A stretch of DNA of 64,000 nt from an uncultured cyanobacterium (GTDB lineage Bacteria; Cyanobacteriota; Cyanobacteriia; Cyanobacteriales; CAWUOF01), in assembly GCA_963744145.1 (NCBI GenBank), contig CAVUSO010000001.1, forward strand, positions 7,200,001 to 7,264,000, written 5' to 3'. Positions within the stretch are counted from its first letter, which is position 1. Every line of letters starts with the position of its first letter. Below are positions 31,994 through 43,158 of the stretch, piece by piece. The notes under the pieces are model-generated. The model was not told the origin of the DNA, did no database searches, and saw nothing but the letters and a program-made list of their open reading frames with translations. A program made the translations under genes and the position numbers.

Positions 31994-32986
31994 CTATAGT
32001 TGATTGGTAGATTCTGGAGACGACTCTTTTAACTCATTGGCTTGGTCGTCGGTTCTTTTCTCACTGATTACGGCTAGATAAATACCTAGTATGATAATAG
32101 CAAAAGCCACCAAGTTCAACCAATTTAATACCTCTGCAAAGATAATCCAAGCTAAAAAGCTACTCACAATCGGATCTAAAAGGTTAATCATTGCGATCAG
32201 GCTAGAAGATAAGTATTTGAGGCTGTATGTAAGCAACCCATGAGCGGAAATAAGAGTGAGAGCTAGAGCAATAACACTCAGCCACCCTCTCCCAGAGTCG
32301 GGAAACCATTGATCATGGGTGGTGAATAGGATTAGCACAAATAAAAGCGTCACAATCCGATAAACCCAACTCAGGATGGTTGTGACTGTTAATTCTGTCC
32401 GAAGTTTTTCAATTGCCAGAAAATAGGCAGCCCAGAATATGGCTGAGACAAAAGCAAGGAAGTCACCTTGAAGTTTAACAAAGGTAACTTCTAGGTCATC
32501 TAACCCAAGGACGATTGTTCCTATAGTTGCGATCGCCAGACCAATCAGGAATTTATGATCAAAACGTTGATTGAAGAGTAAGTATCCTCCCAGTGCAGTG
32601 AAAAATGGTGTCAAGCTATGGATCAATGCTGAGTTGGCGACACTAGTCTGAGTTAAAGACCAAGCCCAAAACAACTGAGTGACGCAGAAAAACACTGCTG
32701 TTACCAACAGCAACAGGATTTGTTGGTGATCGAATGACTCATTGATGATGGATTGTTTTCCTAACCAACGCTGACGCAGCAGCAAAAGCTCTTGCCACAG
32801 CCCAAAGATGACAGCCGCGATCCAACAGCGATTGAACATCGTGGCATTAGGACTGATTTCATTTTCGCTCCATCGAATTAAGATGGGCATCATACCAAAA
32901 ATCCATATAGCAACAAAAATAGCAATAATTGCCCCTGTGGTTTTGCGATCAGGCTGCTGGTTAGTTGTTTCAAGCTGGTCAGTCAT
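31994..32986 (-). CDS. DMT/EamA family transporter
   Basis: ~10 TM helices, TSVANSALIHSLTP, GDFLA, LLDPIVSSFLAWIIFAE. Confidence 0.9.
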   Translation of the reverse strand: MTDQLETTNQQPDRKTTGAIIAIFVAIWIFGMMPILIRWSENEISPNATMFNRCWIAAVIFGLWQELLLLRQRWLGKQSIINESFDHQQILLLLVTAVFFCVTQLFWAWSLTQTSVANSALIHSLTPFFTALGGYLLFNQRFDHKFLIGLAIATIGTIVLGLDDLEVTFVKLQGDFLAFVSAIFWAAYFLAIEKLRTELTVTTILSWVYRIVTLLFVLILFTTHDQWFPDSGRGWLSVIALALTLISAHGLLTYSLKYLSSSLIAMINLLDPIVSSFLAWIIFAEVLNWLNLVAFAIIILGIYLAVISEKRTDDQANELKESSPESTNQL

Positions 32987-33034
32987 ATAATTATTAGTAT
33001 TTTTATCTCTAACTACTGCACAAATCCGGGAACC

Positions 33035-33076
33035 GTAAGTAACTATACACAAACATTAAAAACCTTATGCTAACTT
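33035..33076 (+). promoter_or_regulatory. Canonical NtcA-activated promoter of the porin gene
   Basis: GTA-AGTAACTA-TAC (33035-33048), exactly 22 nt, then TAACTT -10 (33071-33076) preceded by TGn. Confidence 0.7.
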
Positions 33077-33157
33077 AGCTCGAAATTACTGATCTGTGAT
33101 TACACGGATAGTTTCTACACAACTGTTAACCCTGAATCAATTAGCAAGTCAAGACAA

Positions 33158-34852
33158 ATGCAGAAAATTTTCGGATGGATGCTAGTAGTTAGTCCAATCA
33201 TTTTTAGTTCTCAGCTCCTAGGTTTTGTCAGTCCAACAGTAGCCCAAGAGAATAACGATCTCTACAGTAGTTTAGATCAGGCTGATGATTTGCTTTCCAG
33301 AAGTGCAGATGGTAAAGTAACATCGGTTTCAGAACTATCTGATGTTCAACCTACCGATTGGGCATTTCAAGCTTTACAGTCTTTAGTTGAGCGTTATGGT
33401 TGTATTGCAGGTTATCCAGATAGAACATTTAAAGGAAATCGCGCACTCACTCGATATGAATTTGCAGCTGGTTTAAATGCTTGTATGGATAAAGTCGGTG
33501 AACTGATTACAGCAAATACAACTAATGGAATTCAGAAAAATGATTTAGTCACCTTAAAAAAACTACAGGAACAATTTGCGTCTGAATTGGCTACCTTACG
33601 GGGAAGAGTAGATGCTTTAGAAACCCGAACAGCTCAACTACAAGCCCAGCAATTTTCTCCTACTACTAAACTTAGTGGTTTTGTTGCTTTCAATTTTACT
33701 GGTGCTACAGCATCATCTAGTGTCCGACGCGAAACTGGAAGTCGGATTGCTGGTTTACCTCAAGTTCAGAGGGTAAACGATCCCAGTGTAACCGAAAGCG
33801 GTTTGGTATGGTTAACACTTTATAGTTCTTTTACTGGTAAAGATAGTTTAGTTACCCAATTAGCTGTTGGTAATGGTAACTCTCCGGTGAATCAATTTGC
33901 TTCAGCAGGTCAATTCAATACCACGGGTGTTCCTTATTTTGACCAAACCTCTGGAGTTGATACGAATCAGTTTACTCTGCGAACATTAGCATATACATTC
34001 CCAGTCAGCAAGACTGTTTCTGTAACAGTTGGTCCTCGGATTAATTGGTATGCTAATTTTGATGATAATGCTTTTACTTCCCCTTTCACTGGAGCTGGTA
34101 GTTTTAATTCGATTAATAGTACATTTTTGGCATCGACAAAACGTGGTGCTGGGGCGATCTTCCTCTGGAATCCCACTGAAAAAGTTCAAGTTCATGCGGG
34201 CTATTTAGCAGAAAGTTTGGAATTTAATTCAACTAATGCTGCTAGTGATCCATCCAAAGGGTTATTTAATGGCACAAATACTCTGACAGCAGAATTGACA
34301 TTTAAACCTACTGATAAGTCTAATCTGCGGTTTCTTTATCAACGTTCTAATCTCAATCGCAATTCGGCTGGACAAATTGATGTCCAACCGATTGTGGGTG
34401 TGGCTGATGATGGTTTTGGGGGAAGGGTACGCGATGCAAATTCTGATACTTATGCTTTCAACTTTGATTGGTTAGTTAATCGGAATTTTGGCTTATTTGG
34501 TCGGTATGCTTATAGTAGTACGGCGATCCGACCCGTAGTTAGCACATTATCTAAAGGGGATATTAATGCTCAAACTTTCCAAGCAGGGTTAGCTTTTCCC
34601 AATTTAGGTAAAACAGGCTCATTAGCTACTATATCTTTAGTGATGCCTTTTGATATTTTGGATGGACGTAAATTTCTAGCAGCTGGTGCTGGTAATGGTG
34701 GTACTCAATACGATCTAGAAGCTAGTTATTATTATCCGGTGACAGATCATATTTCCGTTGTTCCAGCTTTCTATTACATCAGGAATATCAACAATTTTAG
34801 TAATAATCCTGATGTCTATGTTGGGCATTTTAGAACGCAATTCACTTTTTAA
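33158..34852 (+). CDS. SLH-domain + OprB-type porin (second paralogue)
   Basis: Signal peptide, DVQPTDWAFQALQSLVERYGCIAGYPD, FSPTTKL, terminal FTF. Confidence 0.95.
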   Translation: MQKIFGWMLVVSPIIFSSQLLGFVSPTVAQENNDLYSSLDQADDLLSRSADGKVTSVSELSDVQPTDWAFQALQSLVERYGCIAGYPDRTFKGNRALTRYEFAAGLNACMDKVGELITANTTNGIQKNDLVTLKKLQEQFASELATLRGRVDALETRTAQLQAQQFSPTTKLSGFVAFNFTGATASSSVRRETGSRIAGLPQVQRVNDPSVTESGLVWLTLYSSFTGKDSLVTQLAVGNGNSPVNQFASAGQFNTTGVPYFDQTSGVDTNQFTLRTLAYTFPVSKTVSVTVGPRINWYANFDDNAFTSPFTGAGSFNSINSTFLASTKRGAGAIFLWNPTEKVQVHAGYLAESLEFNSTNAASDPSKGLFNGTNTLTAELTFKPTDKSNLRFLYQRSNLNRNSAGQIDVQPIVGVADDGFGGRVRDANSDTYAFNFDWLVNRNFGLFGRYAYSSTAIRPVVSTLSKGDINAQTFQAGLAFPNLGKTGSLATISLVMPFDILDGRKFLAAGAGNGGTQYDLEASYYYPVTDHISVVPAFYYIRNINNFSNNPDVYVGHFRTQFTF

Positions 34853-34980
34853 GTAACTGGGTATTTTTCGATTGATATGATCGGATCAAGACTAACTGTA
34901 AAGTGGCAGAATTAACGATTACCAATCTGATATTTTTTAGTTGAGACGATCCGATCGTAAACAAAATTTAGTCAAATTAG

Positions 34981-35582
34981 ATGCTGAACCGATCGCACCA
35001 TGTCCCGAAACAGTTAATCATTAACTGTTCAATCAGTATCTTGTCAGTAGGAGCATTAGAACCCATTTTCAACAAGCTGATAGATTTATTTGGCACAAGT
35101 TTAACATTTATGTTGGGAGCTATTATCCTAGCGATCGCGACTACAATTATGCAAAAGCTTACTCCAAAAAATACCTTTACTCCGCCATCTAATCATCAAC
35201 AATCTTTTACTCCTTTCCCCCTATTAATTTTAACTTTTATGGTTGGCTTTAGTGTGGGATGGGAATTTAATTTAATTTTTGCAGTTTTCTCTGGAATTTT
35301 AGCAAATCAAATTACTATGCTTGAAGTTGGCTCAGTTATAGCAGTGCTTTCAGCTTAGTTGCCAATAGCGGTTTTCCTTTTGCCATGTCTATGGTTTTAC
35401 CTCAACAAGCAGGATTAGGTACTGGTTTATATTTTGGTGGTGGTGGATTGCCAATGGCTTTATTTGCAATTATAAATAAACAGTTAGGAGTAATAACAGG
35501 GAATGAGGGAATAATCAGTGCTGTAATAGCTTTTTTAGTTGCTTTAGCTTGCTTAACTATCAGTGAACGGATTAGGTATTGA
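34981..35582 (+). pseudogene. Fragmented MFS-like membrane transporter
   Basis: Two short hydrophobic ORFs (34981-35358, 35385-35582), GLGTGLYFGGGG; no N-terminal half. Confidence 0.55.
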
Positions 35583-35606
35583 TCGATCTGACTTTTTCCG
35601 CTAGTT

Positions 35607-37905
35607 CTACTGCCATTCCCGCTGTTCAAGTTCTTTCTGGGGCAACAGTAAGGCAGCTTCTATTTCTTGTCGCACGGCAACTGTTACTTCACAATTGCTG
35701 TTGAGACAGTCAATTAGTAATTGGTTGGCGTCGTAATATTGTTGCAATATTTTCTGTTGTTCAGGGCTGAAGTGCCATTGTTGTTGGATGTTTCGATGTA
35801 GGGCGATCGCTGTTCTCAATCGTTCAGTCCAAACTCCATGATTTGTTTGCCACCATACCTGAAATCTTTCTAGATCCTGTTTGTGGTCAGGGAGTTGGTC
35901 TTTGAGTTGTTGTAGGGATTGATGTAACCCTAGATCCAGAACTATAGCGAGCGCGTTGTTAAGAGCATCAGCACAGGTATAAGCATGGGCAAAATCAGAG
36001 CTGGAATCAAGGGCGCTCTCTAAGACTAGGTGATCTAGTGCTGCATCCAGAAATATTCCTTGGTCAAGGGTGCAGGCGAGGGCAAATTGAGGGGCAAGGT
36101 GCGGTGTTCGGGCCATGGCAAAGTAAAAAGCGCGAATTGCTGATGGTTGGGGCGGATCAGATTGAGACTTTTGATTCCCCCAGGCTAAAAATTCTTGGAG
36201 ATAGGGGTCTTGGGAGACTAACCCATCAATATGTTGTTTCATCAACTGCATCAGGGAGTCGGCACTCCTTAACATGGCTGTTGTTAATAAAAAGATTTCT
36301 CGCCAACGGGGTTCGGTAACGTGACTAACTAGATGTTCCAGGGATTTCTCTAATGCTTGTAAGTTATGACTAGCCACAATTTTTCTGGCTGTGAAGTATT
36401 CTTGAAATGCTAAATATGAAAATGAGAAAATTCCCCGCACTCTTTCTACTAATAATCCATGTTGTAATTCGATCGCATGAAGCACTCCTTCGCTATCTAG
36501 TTGTAATTCTTCTGGCTCGGTTGGAGCATTGGGTAGTTGGCGGATATAATCACCAATATGTTCTTCAATTGCGCGTTGCTCAAAGAAGTAGTGCCCTTGC
36601 TCAAAGGATACTGCGGCAACTTGACTCAGTAGTCTTAGCTTTTGTGGCAATAAAAATCCTCGGTAAATTTCATCTCGCTCTATTCCCCTGGTTTCATCCC
36701 ATTTGACTAGGAGAAGATTCTAGGCATTGTTTATAAAATTCGCTTTTTTTGGTTGGGAATTTTTCCTGGCGACGGAATACCCAGCAAGCTAGATGTAAAA
36801 ATAATGGTGTGACTGCGAGTCGCCGAAATTGAAAGTTTTCGGGTAAGTCTAATTTCTCAATAAACTGAACGGCTGGTTCTTGTTCATTTTCGGGATCGTT
36901 TGGCGTGAATATGGCGAACCACTTTTGAGCAAATGCGACGATTTGCTCTTGGGTAAATGTGGCAATTTCCACATCGGTGAAGCGTTTGAGGGTGAAGTTT
37001 TTTGCGGCTGTTCGACAGGTAACTATAAATAGATTCTTTTGATAGTTTTCGGAGAATCTCCGAATTTCTTTAACTATGGCTTTGCTATCTTGATTGAGGA
37101 CTTCATCCAATCCATCGAGCAACAGCAACATTTTACCTTCACGCAACAGGGTTTCAATCAGGTCGGGATCAGAAATTCCTGATGTCAAAAATTCAGCTTG
37201 GATGTAGTTCAATAAGCTACTATGCTCTTCCTTTCTAGTCTCGTCGGCAAAATCTCTTAAGGTAATAAAGATGGGAATCCGGTTTACTGCAAATTTGCCT
37301 TGATTACACTCGATCGCCAGATGTTGCAAAAAGGTGGTTTTACCAGACCCCGGTTTACCTAATACTCTCAGCTTAGAGTAGGTTTCCACTGCTCTCATCC
37401 CTGATATTTGTTTCTGGGAAATTTCCCCCACACCAAAGTGATCAAATTCTTCTGGGTTCAGGGTTTGGAGATCAGGGATCTCTAACCATTGTTGGCTGGC
37501 GATTTCTTCTAAAATATTGACATCGATGTAAATGTCTTCTATCCCAATGGGACGGCTGATGTCTAATAGCTGTAAGGTGCCACATTGGTTTTGAATTTTG
37601 TCAAAACGTTGCGATCGCACCTGTTGGACTAAGTTCTCCAGCTCTAAAAGTGGCTGTTCTCTGGGTTGGGAGTTTTTTCCTGGAGCATTTTTGGCAATTT
37701 CGCGCCAATCCAGTTCCAATATAGTGCAAATTTCTCTAAAGGTATGTTGCTCAATTGGACGACCTGTGAAAAATCTCCAAATGGGCTGACGGGTCTTTAG
37801 GTTTACTTCTTCTGCTAGATTTTCTTGGGTCCAACCTTTTTGCACAAATGCTTTTTTTGCTTGTTGAATCCCTGTTTCTGATGCGTGGAGTGATCGACTA
37901 ACCAT
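35607..37905 (-). pseudogene. NACHT NTPase with N-terminal HTH-like domain, split by a +1 frameshift (real or sequencing error)
   Basis: GKPGSGKT, LLLDGLDE, VTCR, TPLFL, FQEYFTA; removing one base at 36718-36719 joins both ORFs (QCLDLLLVKWDETRGIERD). Confidence 0.85.
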
Positions 37906-38061
37906 AATACAATTATACTCCGGACAAAATGCTATATTGATATATTAGAAAATATTTAAACTGCTATGCCCCCATGTTTTGAAATACTTGACAAAAAGCA
38001 GAAAAGAGACAGACAAGATGTCTGTCCCACAAATCAAATTGTTAGGGGTTTAGAGGGATGA

Positions 38062-39273
38062 TTATTGGCAATATTTCTCTACACAACGTACAAACATTTC
38101 TACTCCCATCCCTAAAACAGTTTCATCAAAATCAAATCGGGGATGATGATGGGGATAAGTTAAATTGCGATCGGGATTAGCCGATCCCAAGAAAAAATAA
38201 CAACCAGGAAGAGCTTCGAGGAAGAAAGACATATCCTCACCACCCATGGTTTGACATTCCGGTACTATCCCGATCGGAGTTTCAATCACTTCTGTTGCTA
38301 CCGATCGCACTAATTCGGCTATTTGCTGATCGTTAATTACTGGTGGATATAAGGGGCGATAATCTAGTTGATAGGTAGCACCATGACTAGCACAAATTCC
38401 GGCGATTACCTGCTCAATTCTTGATGGTAAGAATTTGGCTAATTCGCGATTAAAATAGCGTACTGTCCCACCGATGCTAGCTGTATCAGCAATTACATTT
38501 AAGGCTGTACCTGCATGGAATTTGCCCACTGTGATTACTGCTGCTTCTAAAGGATTGACATTACGAGCAACTATGGTTTGCAAAACATTGATGATTTGGG
38601 CTGTCACGACAATAGAATCAATAGTCTGATGGGGCATGGCACCATGTCCACCTTTACCGGAAATGGTACAGTTAAAAGATTCGGTTGCAGCCATTAAGGG
38701 ACCGGGACGGACTCCGACTGTGCCTAATGGTAAATTATTCCAGATGTGTAACCCAATAATGGCATCCATATCGGGATTTTTTAATACACCTGCTTCGATC
38801 ATGGGTTTGGCCCCACCAGGACCTTCTTCGGCTGGTTGGAAGATGATTTTGACTGTACCAGCAAATAATTGGGGATGATTAGCTAGATAATAAGCTGTTC
38901 CTAGGGCGATCGCTGTATGTCCGTCATGTCCACAAGCGTGCATGATCCCATCATGCTGAGAACAATAGGGGACATCATTTTCTTCTTGGATTGGTAAAGC
39001 ATCGATATCGGCTCGAATTGCTAATCCTGGACCTGATTTGTGTCCCTTGATGGTAGCCACAATACCCGTTTTGGCAATCCCGGTTTGATGCTCTATTCCC
39101 CATTCTGTCAGCTTTTGAGTGATTAAGCTACTGGTCAAATATTCTTGAAAACCTAATTCTGGTTTTTGATGTAAACAACGTCGTAATTCCACTAGATGTG
39201 GTTGTAATCCTTGAATCTCAAGACGTAAGCTTGATAAATCAGGTTTGGTGGGGCTAGGAACTGTAGAAACCAT
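38062..39273 (-). CDS. M20 family amidohydrolase (N-acyl-L-amino acid amidohydrolase-like)
   Basis: HQKPELGFQE, RADIDALP, MHACGHDGH, FQPAEEG, GGEDM, HHPRFD. Confidence 0.93.
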   Translation of the reverse strand: MVSTVPSPTKPDLSSLRLEIQGLQPHLVELRRCLHQKPELGFQEYLTSSLITQKLTEWGIEHQTGIAKTGIVATIKGHKSGPGLAIRADIDALPIQEENDVPYCSQHDGIMHACGHDGHTAIALGTAYYLANHPQLFAGTVKIIFQPAEEGPGGAKPMIEAGVLKNPDMDAIIGLHIWNNLPLGTVGVRPGPLMAATESFNCTISGKGGHGAMPHQTIDSIVVTAQIINVLQTIVARNVNPLEAAVITVGKFHAGTALNVIADTASIGGTVRYFNRELAKFLPSRIEQVIAGICASHGATYQLDYRPLYPPVINDQQIAELVRSVATEVIETPIGIVPECQTMGGEDMSFFLEALPGCYFFLGSANPDRNLTYPHHHPRFDFDETVLGMGVEMFVRCVEKYCQ

Positions 39274-39423
39274 TTGTTTTACTATTATCTCAGCTAGAAA
39301 AATGTTTTTATCCTGTCATATTAATTTGTCGATCGCTACTCTGATTAGATCTAGTCTACAAACATCCATTGACAGGCTAGGTCGTTGTCTAGAACCGCCA
39401 AAAATTACAAGGATAAATAGCTC

Positions 39424-40032
39424 ATGATCGCTCACCCCCAACCCCAACTCATGACACCCCAGGAATACCTGGACTGGGAATCACAACAACCCGTTAAGTA
39501 TGAATACATGAATGGGCAAGTCTTTGTCATGACCGGAGGAACCCTCCCCCACAACTCCATTGCTTTGAATCTCGCTTCTGCGCTCAAAAATCACCTGCGC
39601 GGTAAGGGGTGTAAAGTCTTCATGGCAGATGCCAAAGTTGGCGTTTCACGAAATGGTCCCTTTCACTATCCCGATGTTATGGTCACTTGTGACAGTCGCG
39701 ATCAAACGGCTCGTCAGGTTGTCTATTATCCTTGCCTGATTGTAGAAGTCTTGTCACCCGGAACACAGGAGATTGACCAGGGCAAAAAATTTAGGAATTA
39801 TCGCCGCATTGATACCTTACAGGAATATGTGCTGATTGAAGCAGAAACGATGAATGTTGATTGTTACCGACTCAATGAGATAGGGAAATGGGAACTGACT
39901 GCCTATTCCCTAGATGAACCTAATGCTAAGGTCGAAAATCTAGAAGTTTATTTAACCAGCGTTGATTTCCATTGTCCTATTTCTTTGCTCTACGAAGATG
40001 TTGTTTTTCCTCAAGATAATCCGGAGGAATAA
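39424..40032 (+). CDS. Uma2 family endonuclease-like protein
   Basis: EYMNGQV, YPDVMV, LIVEVLSP, LQEYVLI. Confidence 0.9.
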   Translation: MIAHPQPQLMTPQEYLDWESQQPVKYEYMNGQVFVMTGGTLPHNSIALNLASALKNHLRGKGCKVFMADAKVGVSRNGPFHYPDVMVTCDSRDQTARQVVYYPCLIVEVLSPGTQEIDQGKKFRNYRRIDTLQEYVLIEAETMNVDCYRLNEIGKWELTAYSLDEPNAKVENLEVYLTSVDFHCPISLLYEDVVFPQDNPEE

Positions 40033-40723
40033 AATTACCACTACCCACTTTCCATAATTGTTCTAAGTTTAAATCAGCAGCAATTTTTGCTAGTTTGGCT
40101 AAGTCAGTAGGGTCATCTAAATAAGGTAAAATGCCTAATATTGGTGTTTGGGTAAGAGATGCAATTAAATTCGGTGGACTCCAATCAGCAATTTCTGCTT
40201 TTGTTCTTGGTTGAACACAATTTAGAATTATTCCTTTAAGTTGAATATTTTTTTGTTTTGCTAAAGCAACATTGGCAACAGCTTGGGAGATTGCACCTAA
40301 TCTTATTGGTACTATTAATACTGTTGGTAATCGCCAATCTCTGGCTAAATCTGCGACGGTTAACTCGTTAGTAATTGGTGATCCCAATCCTCCCAAAGTT
40401 TCTACAAACAACCAATCTAAGCGATCGCGTAATCCAGTAAAAGTCTGCCAAATTTTCGCTAAATCTATCTCTTTTCCTTCTCGTTGAGCAGCGATGGGTG
40501 GTGCTAGTGGGGCTGAAAAATATTCAGGATTTATTTCACTGACAGATTGGGGTAAAGAAAATAATCTGAGGTAGAGTTCGCGATCGCCAATTCCGGTTTG
40601 AATTGGTTTCATTATCCCAAATGTCAGATGGGGATAATATTTTTGCCAGTATGCAGCTAGAGCAGTTGTCAAAACTGTTTTTCCTGTATCTGTATCGGTT
40701 CCGGTAATGATTAGTGCTTTCAA
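39977..40723 (-). CDS. bioD: Dethiobiotin synthase
   Basis: TGTDTDTGKT, KPIQTG, PLAPPIAA, VETLGGLGSP. Confidence 0.95.
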   Translation of the reverse strand: MKALIITGTDTDTGKTVLTTALAAYWQKYYPHLTFGIMKPIQTGIGDRELYLRLFSLPQSVSEINPEYFSAPLAPPIAAQREGKEIDLAKIWQTFTGLRDRLDWLFVETLGGLGSPITNELTVADLARDWRLPTVLIVPIRLGAISQAVANVALAKQKNIQLKGIILNCVQPRTKAEIADWSPPNLIASLTQTPILGILPYLDDPTDLAKLAKIAADLNLEQLWKVGSGNFIPPDYLEEKQHLRRAKK

Positions 40724-40798
40724 AGGTTTATTTTTTCAAGAATCGAGTTATTGCTAGGAGTCTTTGCCATCAACATACCTCAAAGACTCCTAACCAAA

Positions 40799-42710
40799 TC
40801 AAGGGATTTTTGGTGCAGGTATAGTTGGGATGGGAGTGAGTGTGGGAGGTTTAGTGGGAGGTGTAGTTGGGATGGGAGTGAGTGTGGGAGGTGTGGTGGG
40901 AGGTGTGGTTGGGATGGGAGTCGTGGGAGGTGTGGTTGGGATGGGAGTCGTGGGAGGTGTGGTTGGGATGGGAGGTGTAGTTGGGATGGGAGTCGTTGGA
41001 GGTGTAGTTGGGATGGGAGGTGTGGTTGGGATGGGAGTTGTTGGAGGTGTAGTTGGGATTGGGGTTGGTTTTTTCGTTGGGTTGGGTTCTGGGGTTGGGT
41101 TGGGTTCTGGGGTTGGGTTGGGTTCTGGGGTTGGATTGGGTTCTGGGGTTGGGTTGGGTTCTGGGGTTGGGATTGGTGGTGGAAGGGGTTCAGGTTGAGG
41201 AGGATTGTTCAGCGTCACACCAAGAGTGAAATTTGTCTCTTTCTGAGAGATTAAATCAATTAGATAATTGCCATTTTGATCTATTTGACCTTGCCAAAGA
41301 TCAAGATTAGAAGCTTCTTTGATAATTTCACCATTAGGATAACGAATATTAAAAGTAGCTGCTCCCCTAATAATTTCTACTTTTAAGATTTGTCCTTTTT
41401 GAGCAACGATTTGATAACGTTTGATTTCCTGGGGGCTTGTCCGATCCTTCGCTTCTACATATACCTGACCAGGTGGAAAAGCGAGTTTTTCTACAATAAA
41501 TTGACTCGGAGATGAGGTCGGTGGAGTGATTGGAGATGGTGATGGAGTCTGAGTCGGGGAAACTGTCGGAGTTGGAGTTGTTTGAGCTGTTTGACGATTG
41601 AGAATTGAACTGATAATTGCCCAAGTACCGATCCCCACCAAGAGAACAACGGAAACCATCACTGCAATCATAGCTCCAGTGTTATTCCAGAAAGAGTTTT
41701 GATTGGGATCAGGAATAACGGGATCAGGTTGATGCGGACGACGGTTATGGGGAGCGATCGGTTGGGGACGACGTTCCGACTGCTACAGTTTGGACTTGAG
41801 AAATATTAGCTCCTGGAAGTTGAGGATTGGGGGGTTGAGCGATCGGTTGTTGGGGATAATTAGATCCGGGATTAGGTAAAGTCTGAAGAGCTTGCGCGAC
41901 TTCACTGACTGATTGATAGCGATCGCTAGGTCGGTAACTCAACATCCGATTTAAAATATTAGCAAATCCAGGGCTGACGCTGGTCCACCGTTGCCAATTC
42001 CAAGTGAGTTGAGTATCATCAAATAGCTCTTGTGGTTCGCGACTGGTGAGGAGAACTATCGATGTAACTGCTAAAGAATAAAGATCACTACTGGGATAAG
42101 CTCTCCCAGTTTGGATTTGTTCCGTGGGTGCATAACCAGCTTTACCTACTGTAGTAGAGGATTCGGGCTGATCAGGAGCTTGAATTCGGGTCGCGATTTC
42201 TTTGACCACACCAAAATCAATCAGCACAGGGAGGCGATCGCTAGTGCGAAGGATAATGTTATCTGGGGAAATATCCCGATGAATAATATTTTTAGCGTGA
42301 ATATGCGCTAATACGGGCAATAATTGCCGCAATAATTGTAAAACTTCTAGTTCTGTAAAACTCTGACCTAAATTTTTTCGTTCTTGCATTAGGGCCAAAT
42401 AGCTTGGACCTTCTACATAGTCTTGGATTAAAAAAAAACGTCCATCTTGCTGAAAGGTAGCACGAAATTGGGGAATTTGGGGATGTTGGATTTGATAGAG
42501 GATCGCTGCTTCCCGTTGAAATAGTTCCTGTGCTTTTTCTAAACTGTAAGCACTTGTTTGAGCTGGAAAGAACTCTTTAATAGCACAGCGTTCATTAAAG
42601 CGTCCCCGATCTTCCGCTAGATAAGTACGACCGAATCCCCCTTGACCCAAAATATTGAGGAGGTGATAGCGGTTTTGGAGGATGGTGCCAATGGGAATCG
42701 GTGGTTGCAT
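40799..42710 (-). pseudogene. Membrane Ser/Thr protein kinase (Pkn2-type) split by a +1 frameshift (real or sequencing error)
   Basis: GQGGFG, AIKE, HRDISPDN, DFG, APTE; removing one base at 41774-41775 joins the kinase to the TM + extracellular + PT-repeat part. Confidence 0.85.
40815..41190 (-). repeat. Coding tandem repeats (PEPNPT)n and (PTTPIPTTP)n
   Basis: 18-bp and 27-bp tandem units. Confidence 0.9.
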
Positions 42711-42900
42711 GGGTTTGTTACTTGTCTGACGCTTAAGTTACAAAATTATCTTATTTTCTGATTTAATTCAAGCAATACCAACAGTCAATGTTTACTATTG
42801 AAGATTATTTCCTAGTAATTTTACTGAGTGCTGACCCATATTCACCCCGATCAGCTAGTCAAACCCAGATCCTTAGACTCAAAAGTGAACAGAATGGTTT

Positions 42901-43048
42901 ATACCAATTTTTTATGAGGTTGCATAGAATTAGATCCCCCCTAACCCCCCTTAATAAGGGGGGAATCAGAAAATACCGATCAAAGTCCCCCTTAAAAAGG
43001 GGGATTTAGGGGGATCAATATCTGTGCAACTTCACATTAAATTGGTAT
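42901..43048. mobile_element. 148-bp MITE-like element
   Basis: 24-bp imperfect IRs ATACCAATTTTTTATGAGGTTGCA / TGCAACTTCACATTAAATTGGTAT around CCCCCTTAA..AAGGGGG palindromes. Confidence 0.75.
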
Positions 43049-43158
43049 TACTACTTGACAAAAGTTTAATTTTTTTCAACAATTAATTTACAAAGTTATT
43101 ATTAAATCTGTCAAATCAAAAGATAACTTTTGGGATTGGGATGATATATTTCCAATGA

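Noticed and set aside
40751..41254. Cys/Trp/Gly-rich repeat ORFs on the + strand (likewise 3613-3942 and 12576-12941 on the - strand)
   Set aside because: Antisense shadows of Pro/Thr-rich coding repeats
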